A DNA stretch of 64,000 nt from the NCBI GenBank assembly GCA_020137815.1, contig CM035356.1, positions 4,154,001 through 4,218,000 of the forward strand, given 5' to 3'. This stretch comes from Hormiphora californensis. Lineage: Eukaryota > Animalia > Ctenophora. Shown piece by piece: positions 12,062 through 24,330 of this stretch. The position numbers and the translations under genes are program-made. The notes beneath the pieces were generated by a model, which worked only from the letters and a program-made list of their open reading frames with translations, was not told the origin of the DNA and searched no databases. The first letter of the stretch is position 1, and the number at the start of each line of letters is the position of its first letter.

Positions 12062-13399
12062 TCTCTATGAAAATATGAACCAAGGATAGGGACAGGATTC
12101 AAACAGGTGGCTAATTTGGGCAACAAAATTATTCTAGGTCCAGTCTAACTATCTTGTTGAGTGTCGAAGTGGTTGTAGTTCGTACCCTTCCCATTTCCGG
12201 AACACAACATCTGATCTTTAGTGTTGTGTTTCAACTGAACATGTAGTTGTATGTTTTCAATCATTATATTTTATCATGGTTTTGATGAGTGCTGCTTGAC
12301 GTCTTTTAGTCTCCAGAGTCCAAAACAGTCTTTCTTTCTTTCCCACGGTAAGCTGCACTTGTAACACAGTTCTGTGACAATATCTCACTTGTGTTACACA
12401 TATGATATAGCTTTAATGTAACTTGATTATATTACATGACGTTATCTCATGAATTATATCGATACATAGAGAACCATAATTAAATTGTCATTATCCTGAT
12501 ACAGTGATACCATTATTCGGTCAATAAATGACACCGTCGAATTATCATTTTATATACCCTGCAGTACTATTACTAATATTTGTGGGTAGTAGCTGTCAGA
12601 GCATTGGCCTGATGCGCAAGAACTGTGGTCAGAGCATTGGCCTAACAGGGTAGTAGAGTCCTCGTCAAGTATTCTATACAGCTATAGTGCTTCCTCCTGC
12701 ATTGTAGAGAGTTTGTCGGCTGGAGTGTCAGACTAGAAGGGAGTTTGAATTAACTTGTCAACAGCCACTACATGAATAACGCCAAATCTGGTGCCCACAT
12801 GACTACTTAATATCTCTCTACAACAACTCGTCAAATCGACTCACCCCCCAAGCCATGCAGTCTCTAAGTTATCCCGCTTTTTAAGCTCTTTTTATGTACC
12901 ATGGCACGCCTCACATAAACATTGGTACGCCTTATATCATGTCTGTCTATACGTCCATTGTTGTTAAACCGCTACGTCTTGTAACTACATAATAAATACT
13001 TAGAGATATCTTGTCTTGTCAAGATATTGCAGCTGTTCTTATACACTTGTCTCAGTCTGCAGTACTTGCCACTTCTAACATGTCATGCGGTTACAGTTTC
13101 TGCAAACTATTCAATGGTATTAGTTTCAAAAGTTACACCTGTATTTACAGCAGACTGAAATTTGTTTTCTGACTTCTGCTGAACAATTTTCAGTTCCGTT
13201 TTTTTTAAAGTTGTCAGTGATTGTCAAATTGATAAACGTTATAATGGTTTTGTTTTGTTGTTTTGACTGTCATATTTTCGGATAAAACCCATTTGACCCG
13301 ATTTGACACTAAATGAAAATGCTAACAAAACCAGGTTATAGAGATCAGGGGATTGCTATAGTAGGAACCGGTGATGCTTGATATTTTTTTCTCCATAAT

Positions 13400-13665
13400 C
13401 CATTCGATCTCGATCCTTTTTGAACGATAAAAAATTCTATTAGATCTCGATTCGACCTTTATGCGATCAAAAACTTTTGATTCCATCTAGATTCGATCTT
13501 TGGGCAAACAAAAAATATCGATTCGATCTTTTGGGGTTCAAAAACTTTCGATTCGATCTCGATTCGATCTTTGGGCAATCAAAAACTTTTGATTCGATCT
13601 CGATTCGATCTTTGGGCGGTCAAGATGACCGGGTCAACAAATATCGATTCAACTCGATCTTTCGA
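13400..13665. repeat. Degenerate TTCGATCT/TCGATTCGA repeat array, probably the interior of a small DNA transposon
   Basis: More than ten TTCGAT(CT)-type units; weak inverted match of flanks (ACCGGTGAT / ATCGCCGGT). Confidence 0.5.
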
Positions 13666-14024
13666 TTTGATAATATCGCCGGTACTGTGTAGCCAGAACT
13701 CTGGTGTTCTAACCCCCCTCTTTCTCTCTGGTGTAGTGACCAGCTGCAGGTATTTAACAACTCTCGCTTTATTTGCTCTATCAAGTTCTCCTCGACCTCA
13801 ACAATTATTTCCGAGGTTTTTTTTCGCAATTTTTCGCAGTTATGTTTCGCATTGTCCTTTTTTCGCAACTTCTCGGCTAAGCATTTCCGAGGTTCCTAAT
13901 TCTTTTTCTTAGAGGCTATGCAGAGACAGCCACGAATGATATTAATAATCTTTTTCGATACCGGATAAATGTGCGAAGCCTCCATGACTTTTATTAATAA
14001 TATACTGTTTTCCAGAGTAAATAT

Positions 14025-16931
14025 TAGTCCAGTAAAAGTTCGATTTAAAATCGGCATTTCTGCAAGAAAGCAAATTCCGGTTGATTTTGGTCAATTCGAG
14101 TACGCTGATCACGACTATAAACTTTTCGTGAACTTTTTCGTGGGGGAAAGTGGCTTAATTGGCCTTAATTGGCCAAAACTTAAAATGTGTCTAAAATTTA
14201 TTCTGCACAGCTCAAAAAATCGGGGAAAATTCACTGATTATCGGAAAAATATTTCCAGATTTTATTTGTGTCGAAAATAGGCGGAATTGGCCTAATTGGG
14301 CTTAAGGGTACACCGACCGAAATTTTTTGTCGAGTGCAGGGCAATCTCTCACCGTAGGGTTGTAGGCCATGCCAAGGAGACCTCAAATATGCAATTTGAG
14401 CTCTCAAGTCGAATTCATATTTTTGCTACAGCTGTTTAAAAAATGTCCTGTAAATTCGTTTTTGGCATCCCAAAAAAATTTTTTTAAAGATAGGAGCATG
14501 AAAATTTGGGGATTTGAAGAGGACATGAAGGTGAATAACCACAAAAAATTTTTTTGCAATCCGAGCTGATTTCCGGTCCTGAGATGGATTTCTTTTTTTC
14601 CACTTTAACGCCCTATTTGGCAAAGTTCCGAAAACATGTGAAAGCTGTAAATTGGTGAAAAGTTGCGTCTAACGATTATCTAAGTGGCCATAAATTTTGG
14701 GCGTATCCTTATTTGAGATAAGCTGAACAGAGTTTTTTTTGTGAAAGCCGTCATTTCAGAAATAAATAAATTCCCTGTATCTCAAAAACGGCTGATCGTA
14801 GAGACCTGAGACTATGCTTAAACGATTCAGAAGGTCCGATTTTGGGGGGGTCTTCTGAGAGACATTTTGCTCCTACTTCAACCGTTTTTGCTGTAATTGC
14901 GAAAAACAAAAATTCATCTTCGCCATCGTGGATTTTTTGTGATTTTGTTTTTGGTGATTATAGGGACCCATATGGACCAAATAGTGAAGGAATTAGCTTG
15001 TTACACATTTTTCCATCGTTTCGGTCCTTTCCTAGCCAAAATTCCCTAATTACAGGATATTGGAGTTTAGCTTTTGCCCTTTTCATAGAATTTGTTTATC
15101 GCAGTTACAGCAAAAACGGTTGAAGTAGGAGCAAAATGTCTCTCAGAATACCCCCCCAAAATCGGACCTTCTGAATCGTTTAAGCATAGTCTCAGGTCTC
15201 TACGATCAGCCGTTTTTGAGATACAGGGAATTTATTTATTTCTGAAATGACGGCTTTCACAAAAAAAACTCTGTTCAGCTTATCTCAAATAAGGATACGC
15301 CCAAAATTTATGGCCACTTAGATAATCGTTAGACGCAACTTTTCACCAATTTACAGCTTTCACATGTTTTCGGAACTTTGCCAAATAGGGCGTTAAAGTG
15401 GAAAAAAAGAAATCCATCTCAGGACCGGAAATCAGCTCGGATTGCAAAAAAAATTTTTTGTGGTTATTCACCTTCATGTCCTCTTCAAATCCCCAAATTT
15501 TCATGCTCCTATCTTTAAAAAAAATTTTTTGAGATGCCAAAAACGAATTTACAGGACATTTTTTAAACAGCTGTAGCAAAAATATGAATTCGACTTGAGA
15601 GCTCAAATTGCATATTTGAGGTCTCCTTGGCATGGCCTACAACCCTACGGTGAGAGATTGCCCTGCACTCGACAAAAAATTTCGGTCGGTGTACCCTTAA
15701 TTGGGCTTGATTACTGGAATTTAAAGTTTATTCTGCATAGCTCAAAAAATCGGGAAAAATTCACTGATTATCGGAAAAATATTTTCAGATTTTATTTGTG
15801 TCGAAACTAGGCGGAATTGGCCTAATTGGGCTTAATTGGGCTTGATTACTGGAATTTAAAGTTTATCAAAAATGGATTTTATATAGCTTAAAAAATCGAG
15901 AAAAATAAGCTGATTATCAGAAAAATACTCTTTGAATTTATTCTTGTCTCAATTAGACGGTAGAGCTAATTAAAAAACAATTAAATCACCCAATTGGTGT
16001 TGCGCAACATAATATGAGCCTCAGGAATGTAAAACTGAACTTTATAAGCTAATTCCTTCACTAATGTGTCCCCAAGGGTCTCCCCTATCTAGTAGGGTCA
16101 GAGGGGTATATAATGTGGCTTGAGAGGTGTCTCCAAAATGCCGATTTTTACGATTTTCAGTTTCTCGCCCACAGCACATGCAGTGTGCATGCACAATATC
16201 CCGGAAATGAACATGTTGCACCTCGCACAGAATGTTAGGGTTTCCTATTGTGTTAGGGGAGACCCTTGGGGACACATTAGTGAAGGAATTAGCTTATGAA
16301 GTTCAGTTTTACATTCCTGAGGCTCATATTATGTTGCGCAACACCAATTGGGTGATTTAATTGGTTTTTAATTAGCTCTACCGTCTAATTGAGACAAAAA
16401 TAAATTCAAAGAGTATTTTTCTGATAATCAGCTTATTTTTCTCGATTTTTTAAGCTATATAAAATCCATTTTTGATAAACTTTAAATTCCAGTAATCAAG
16501 CCCAATTAAGCCCAATTAGGCCAATTCCGCCTAGTTTCGACACAAATAAAATCTGAAAATATTTTTCCGATAATCAGTGAATTTTTCCCGATTTTTTGAG
16601 CTATGCAGAATAAACTTTAAATTCCAGTAATCAAGCCCAATTAAGCCCAATTAGGCCAATTCCGCCTATTTTCGACACAAATAAAATCTGGAAATATTTT
16701 TCCGATAATCAGTGAATTTTTCCCGATTTTTTGAGCTATGCAGAATAAATTTTAGACACATTTTAAATTTTGGCCAATTAAGGCCAATTAAGCCACTTTC
16801 CCCCACGAAAAAGTTCACGAAAAGTTTATAGTCGTGATCAGCGTACTCGAATTGACCAAAATCAACCGGAATTTGCTTTCTTGCAGAAATGCCGAAATTT
16901 GGCCTATTTTTTTAGAACTTTTACTGGACTA
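14025..16931. mobile_element. Large foldback element (host of the nested element at 14306-15696)
   Basis: Left arm (14025-14305 plus 15697-16087) is the reverse complement of the right arm (about 16254-16931). Terminal TAGTCCAGTAAAAGTTC. Internal tandem duplication of about 130 bp in each arm. Confidence 0.8.
14306..15696. mobile_element. Kolobok-like TTAA foldback element, diverged relative of 696-1972, nested in the outer foldback
   Basis: Arms of about 597 bp with a spacer of about 196 bp. GGGTACACC termini. TTAA at 14302-14305 and 15697-15700. The opposite arm of the host shows the empty site with a single TTAA. Confidence 0.9.
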
Positions 16932-18055
16932 TATATCCAATTCTGGACTGCAGTTATTAATTTTGATCTCTGTAGAAATCGAAATGAACTTTCAACCTCT
17001 ACTTCTACTACTATACGTATAGACACAGCAGACTTTCATGCAGCCCTGTGATTTTTGTCTGGCTTGCTCACACCACAAATTATGCTCTGTCCACTGTCTT
17101 CTCACAGAGACAGGGAGATATCCCTTGGTTACTATCACAATATTACAATTTATCTTGATATATGCAGTAGAACATCATACAAGATTTATCAGCTGCACTA
17201 CCAAGTCTTTCCTTCGTAGGGCTACTACTGCGAGACACATATTGGTGGAAGAGTGTCGTGTAGCTGAGCTGCAAATGAGACAGTGACTGATAGAGACATA
17301 AATTTGTGCACAAATGAAACATGTTTTAATGAAATGGATATAATATGGCTCACTGGGACTGGGGTAGATTTGTGTTGTTCTGCAGATCTTCCATGCACCC
17401 ATACTACCTTTGTTCATGGGATGCCGGATGCGGACTTGATAGGTGTGTCAGAGAGGGATCCATGTTATCACGTGTAACACGGCTGTCATCACTAACACTA
17501 CCACGTTACCACTAGACTGCATATCAGTACGTTATCAGATGTTATCCGAACTATACTCAAGATCCACTGATCCAGTGGCCTGGTACTAAAGGACAAATAT
17601 TGCCAATATGATCTAGTGATGACGACTCTATATCTTGTGATGACGGCACTATCTTGGGGATGCATTGACATCTGCGGCCGCGGGCATGGTGACTCCATCA
17701 TCATTGATGATGCCATATATGATTGTAATACAGAAATTACGTAAAAAAGATACCGTATATGAATATGAATGTGTAACTACGTCAGCCTCCTGCGATCTCC
17801 GACAAACTTAACTTGACATACAGCATTCTAGGATTTCAAATGTCAACAGATGTGTTACTAAATCTGAAAGGCGGATATGAGTAGTTATTACAAGATACGG
17901 CATGTCATGACACCATACCGACATAAGCAGAGCGACGAGCGTACTATAAAATTGTAGTATAGACATTAGACAGTGCAGAGTCCATGTAGGTTCCTGATGA
18001 ACATTTGTTGAATAATTCAGTCCATTTTTCTTAATCATTTATTTCACTAGTCATG

Positions 18056-18142
<87 letters not shown>

Positions 18143-18537
18143 GAGAGATAGAGAGGGAGAGAGAGGGAGAGAGAGTGAGAGAGAGAAGAGTTCTAGCTAC
18201 CCTTGTCTACCGAGGAAGAGTCCATGATAGCTTTCAGATCTACAAGCTTGGCTTCCCCGGTCTATCACACCACGTGACGCAAGATAACACGTGGGATGAG
18301 TTCTCTCCCTTTTATCATTTTAGTCTCTCAACAACATCTCCTAGGAGCACTTCTCTCTATCTTCCCCACTCCTCACATTATCCCTTCTATCTCTATCTCT
18401 ATCTCTCTCTCTCTATCTCTCTCTCTCTCTCTCTCTCACTATCTGCCCTCGCACTTTCCCTCTACAGCTCTTCTTTGCGAAGCCACATCCAGGTATTGAC
18501 GCTCTGCACTGCTGACACGATAAGAGACTAAAGTGAT

Positions 18538-18620
<83 letters not shown>

Positions 18621-18622
18621 GG

Positions 18623-18662
<40 letters not shown>

Positions 18663-21338
18663 AATAAAGAGAGAGGAGTAAAGAGAGTGCATATATTCCG
18701 GGACGGGAGCGATGACGCTTTGTATTTTGCGGCAGACGACACTCCACAGCATCAGAGCTTCTCTCTCTCTCATTCACCATCGCCTATCTTTGCTATCTTT
18801 TGCGTCGACACGCAGCATGCGATTTGTCATCACGCGTGTCCTCGAAACCTCTCAGTAAGTTACTGCTTCAATATAGGATCCATATTTCCATATTTTGGGT
18901 CAACTATCAAACCTAGCAGTACTTGCCCACTAACTGAAGCCATCTTATTTTCTATCGCTTACAAAGTTTGTACCATCAAGGATAATTTCGATGCTAAAAT
19001 ACAGAGCACGTGTGTCGTGTCCTAATGACTGCTAAGTTATGAGACTATCTCAGCATAATATAGGTCTGGATTCCAGCCTCTGCACTCCACTTATTAAAGA
19101 TCAGTATTATATGGGGTGCATTTATGGGCAGGTGCGTACCCCCTGAATCAACTATTATTATGAATATATTAGAATGGGAATCATCGCCACGCCTGTGTTC
19201 ACTGTTCAATCGATATATTCCGTTAATAAAGGGTAATAAAGGGTAATCTCTTACTCTAATACTGTAGTATATCGAAACCGAAAATTATTGGGAGCAATGT
19301 TCAGGTTTTCTTTTTGGTTTCCAATCGAGTTCATTTCTTTATGTTCTGTCGACATCATCCCGGCCGCTATACTATAACTGTGAGACACACCCTTCAGCAG
19401 CGGATAGCACTGTAAATCTAAAACACTTTGAGAACATTTGGGAGAGAGAGATAGAGACAATGTACTATTATATGTGTTTACTAGATCAGAGGTGTTATAA
19501 ATTGTTTGGCGGCCCGCTTTAGACGCTTTGAAATAGTACTGTCTAAGCTTCAAATATTCATGGCCTAGGTGTTATGCTATTTCTTTAGAATGCTTTGATC
19601 TTTTGATGGCTGCACACACTTTCGTACATATTGTATACTTTCTTCCGCGAATTTTTCCCATCGAGGCTGTCTTATTCGGTGTATTTATCACTTGATGGGT
19701 ATAGCTTTTCCCAATCCAGTGTCATTCAAAACTCATTCTCTCTCAAGAGCTTATGTTGTTCCGCTACTGACTATTATTATGAATATTAACATATTGTCTA
19801 ACATACTACTAATAGTAGTAGTATTGTCTAACATGTCACCCCTTCTATAATAGCGATGCCAAGTTCTGATCCGCTGAATGTCTGCTGGGTGACTAACACA
19901 TCCGTCTGTGGGGTCCATGTGGGAGGAGAGAACTGGACTGATACTTCACAGTTCTGTTATCGAGTAAGTACACTTGGATTGGCAAGGAAATTACCTCACA
20001 TTCTCGTTTAGCTTTGCTACCTAATTCATGCGCCGGCAAGGGAGAGGTAACAATTCGTTACCAAACACTTGGCATACGCTGCAGACCACTCATTGTACAG
20101 GGCGGGATACATGCGAGGGGACTGCAGTGCATACCTTAACGGCAAACGTTTGCAAACCCAGTTTGAATACTAGTTCTGAGGTCTGCTAGGCTACATTTGC
20201 AGCATTATTAGCGAATAGGCATTGGGTCTTGACTCTTGACCGTATCTTCACTCCATATAATGGCCTTATTCCAGAAGAAATGTATAATGTATGGAGGTTC
20301 AAATCATCCGCAATCTTTGGTGATGAGATCCCCTATTATGGGCTTCGTTTGCCGCGCTTCGCGCGGCCCTAGTGTAGGGGTGACCGCGTCACCAACCGCA
20401 ATCTAGACATTTTAATGTGACAGCTGGGTTTATTAGAACTTCCCTGCACTGTTAAACACATGATTGCAAACCCCGGCCCTGAGGTGTTGCAGCTGTGGTA
20501 GGTGTCGAAATATAGCTACATCATGTTGTAACACAATTCTGCAAGATACCAGCTCTCTGTAACTCTGACATCACTTTAACAAGATGAAATGTCAGAAAGT
20601 TTAAAGTTCCTGATCCCCAACTCAGATAGTTGTACATGCTGAATGATAGAAATTTTTTAGCTTTAATAACTGGAACATACGGGTAAAAAGGTCTAGTTAT
20701 AAAATTCGAAGTACTTTTTGTTTTTATGGACCTTTTCAAGTACAACTTGCTGCACGTCAAACTATCTTTTGCTCTCTTTAGTAAAAGTAACAATCTTTCT
20801 TTTGCTCTCTTTAGTAAAAGTACCAATCTCACCTCGTGGAGGTGATCAGTCTACTGTACGTGCATGTGTACTACTTCTAGTCGGGATTGAGATCAAATGT
20901 TTATTTCGTTGGCTTCTCGACTCCCTCTACTTTTCTCCCTAAAACAATTCCAATAGTACCAGAGTCTCCATATCTTTGTTACCACAATACTTGTAGAGAG
21001 AAAGAGAGAAAGGGAAAGAGCGAGAGGGGAAGATGGATAGAGATCACTATCTCAAGTCTATCGAGATAGTGATCTCTTGAGAGATAGAGGGGGAGAGAGA
21101 AAGAAAGAGGGAGAGACAGAGAGAGAGATAGAGTTGGTAGAGAAATATACAAAGATACTTGATAGGGAATCAAGAATCCACGTAAGAATTGTGTGGCATA
21201 GACTAAGTCTAAATTCTAATATTTCATGCATACTCTAATAATATTAATTCTAATAACGACCAGATATTACCATTACTGCAACAGTGCATAACTTTTCTTT
21301 ATCCTGTTTATAGACATTATATATTTCAAAGGGAACTG

Positions 21339-22692
21339 GTGCAATCACATCAATGTCTTGGACAACGTGTTCTCAGATTGACTAACTCAATTCTTTCTCA
21401 GGAAAACGTATCACTGGCAGAGACGATAATCTTTGCTACATTTTCCCTTTTCGCACTGGTGATGGGGATTGGGGGAAATCTCATTGTCATTCTAGCTACC
21501 CTCAAGTACACGGTGTTCAGTCTGGACAGTATAACCATGGTCTTCGTACGACATTTAGCCATCGCCGATATTTTCTATGTTTGTCTGAGGATATTTCCAT
21601 CTCTGACCGTTCATTTTGGAAGAGGGTAAGTGGGAACATGGGAGCCAATCTACAACAATAATCGTTTCATTATTACAAGCCGATGATTTTTGATGCTCTA
21701 GTCTAAGATTTTAATAAAATTCTCACCACCTTCCTTCCCCTCCACCAGGTGGGTGCTTGGACGAGGGATTTGCCAGTTCGTAGCAAACACTGTCATGATC
21801 AGTACCCTGGCGTCGATGAACTTCATTCTAACCATCTCCGTCCACCGTCTCCTTCGTTGCATGTTTCCTCTCCGGTTTTCCCTTTCCGTTCGGAACAAAG
21901 GCCACCATTCTGGCACTCATCCTGTGGGCTTACTCTTGCCTGGGTACAGTTGTTTCCCTAAGCTTGGACATTGATGTCTACTTTAAACCTGGTATCTCGG
22001 CGTGTGATATCGAGTACTCTGGGAACTCCAGAACTGATGTCAAGACGGCTGCTCTTATCGGTGTAGTCATGCAAATGTTGATTCCCTTCATATCAATCAT
22101 CTTGATTAACATAGCAATGTATATAATCGCGAAGAAGAGATTCAAGGATCTATCAACTAACCAGGCCCTCATGACAGGTCTCAAGCGTGTCAGGTCTCTT
22201 TGTGGCGTCTTGGTTGCCCAGCATTCTAATCATCCTTGATGAGCGTCTCTAAAGCAGTCAGCCCGGGAACCTTCCTGCTTTTGGACAAAATCCAGATCCA
22301 CTTTTATTACCTGAGCATCTTCGGTAACCCCCTACTCTACTCGTTTGTCCATAAGGGCTTTGGAAGGTTTGCTCGCTCTAAGTTCTCCGTGTTCCTGCGT
22401 AACTTGCCAGAATAGCGTTGAAGCACAGTGGAACAACTCTCTGTCGCGAGACTCCGACCACCCACAGCAGGATTTCAGTGCAGAAGCGAAGAGAGAGAAT
22501 ATGAAGAAAAGTAAGAAGAAGAAGAAGGGACCGTCTTCTTTGGAGATGGCAGATCAAAAGCCGTCTGTCAGCGGTGAGGGGGGTACTGCTGCTCCTGCTC
22601 CACCTACTATCGAGGAAGATAAAGACTGCTATATTTATCAGGGTGAAAGTGCTCACTCTAAAGACTCGGGATTATGCTCTGCCATGAACTAG
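21339..22692 (+). CDS. Rhodopsin-like (class A) GPCR with one intron (21626-21748); appears frameshifted
   Basis: TM1 GIGGN, TM2 HLAIAD, WVLGRGIC, TM3 SVHR, TM6 SWLP, TM7 GNPLLYSF. Four +1 shifts (about 21894, 22178, 22234, 22404), each in a doubled base. Confidence 0.8.
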
Positions 22693-22959
22693 TGTAATTA
22701 TCATGACATCATGTATTATACATGATAATTAATCATTTTTCACTTAGTGTAATACGAGTATAAAATTATACACAATCACATTGTATCCATTATTAATTGA
22801 TAAACTTACTATACTGTTATTATTCTGTTTTTCAAGAAAAACGTGTTTCAATTTCGTCTTGTAGTTTTGTAGCTTTGTGTTTTTTACTCTGAAGAAAGCA
22901 GTAAATGCATTTAAATGTAAAGAACGGCTCAGAAGGTATGTAGCTTCATGAACAAACCC

Positions 22960-23206
22960 AGCTGTCTGGCGCCACGGATCCCACCTAAGCACAATGTCGC
23001 ATTGCCAGACAAATCGGTAGCGTGTGACATGTGAATTGCAAGCCGTTCACAATACTAAAGATCACAGTTAATTTTAGCTGGGACCCAGCTAAAATTAACT
23101 GTGATCTTTAGTATTGTGAACGGCTTGCAATTCACATGTCACACGCTACCGATTTGTCTGGCAATGCGACATTGTGCTTAGATGGGGCCCGTGGCGCCAG
23201 ACAGCT
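22960..23206. repeat. 247-bp near-perfect palindrome (hairpin element)
   Basis: AGCTGTCTGGCGCCACGG...GCTGGG-A-CCCAGC...CCGTGGCGCCAGACAGCT, symmetric about 23083. Confidence 0.9.
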
Positions 23207-24330
23207 ACCAATTTGAATCCAAAACTACATTTCTGTATGTGTATATTCGTGAATCGTGCGCCCCTCATGCACATTCTTAAAAACGTACCCGCAAACTGCA
23301 AAGTAGGACAAACCTCCATGCTGCGGCCTTACACATGGGCTAAATTAAAAATTCCCACCCACAATGGTCGCAACACGAACTCTCATACCCACCAGGACAC
23401 ACCCTGGGGGCTGGGCATTTGAAAATTGAACTCCTGGTGATAATCAATTCCGATCGCGAACTGCTGAGGCCCAGAGGTAATATCATCATCACAATACATT
23501 TTATATTCCGCTTAATGCCTAAACATTCATTCACGTGGGAGTTAAACTTTGCCAAAATCTTGTCAAAAGACAAAAACTTGTCAAAAATCTTGACAAGCCT
23601 TGCTTTTTTAAAATGAGGTGAAAACGAGGGGGGGGGCCAATATCGGCCTTAAAATAAAATATATAATAAATTATACTGTAGAAATCAATGGAATCAATAA
23701 ATTATTGTGGAATTAGTCCATACGATATAAATATTCATCAGCGTCACTTGCGGCTGCCTTGCCCCTGCCCCGATATCCCCTAATCGATACAGTTATTGAG
23801 CGAACCATCGCAAATGATAAGCGCAGTCTAAGATACCGAATACAGTCCTGGCGCTCATATCCAGTTTTTGAAGATTTTCGGTGGGCCAACTGATTTGATT
23901 TGGAAAAGGATAAAAATCGATATATTTATAAAGACAATATCCCGGTTGGCTCCTATTGACGGAGTGTCAATATCGACGGAGCGCTTACACCTCAAAATAC
24001 TCTAAAAATTCACACACAGACAGTTCTCACACACTACGGACAAACAGACTAATACAGTATATTTTTAATAGAATAAACAAAATCTAATATGGCTACTATA
24101 ATAGATAATATATTGATTATTTCCCCCTCCCTAGCCAACCCCCCAAAATTCTTGTTTGTAAATGTCTTGTAATCAATTATGTGATTAGATTCGCGACTGT
24201 GCGATTGCTTGTTGTATAGTTTCAACTCTTCAACACCACACCAAAGAAATAAATAATTTGAAGTCCATGAGATAGGAGAGATTGATCTAAAGTTTAGAAA
24301 GTAGGTGAAGTCAATAGCACAGCCGCGAAT

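Noticed and set aside
13400-13665. CRISPR-like repeat/spacer appearance (also 7915-8350)
   Set aside because: Repeats and spacings are irregular, the context is eukaryotic and there are no cas genes.
20351-20373. Helitron-like 3' end (GCCGCGC-TTC-GCGCGGC then CTAG|T)
   Set aside because: The hairpin abuts CTAG with no spacer, no 5' end or second copy was found, and the motif is common in small repeats.
23611-23623. The TSD contains TGAG|GT, resembling an SL exon/intron junction (possible SL-gene targeting)
   Set aside because: Only a 6-nt match, on the strand opposite the element, with no other SL-gene features nearby.
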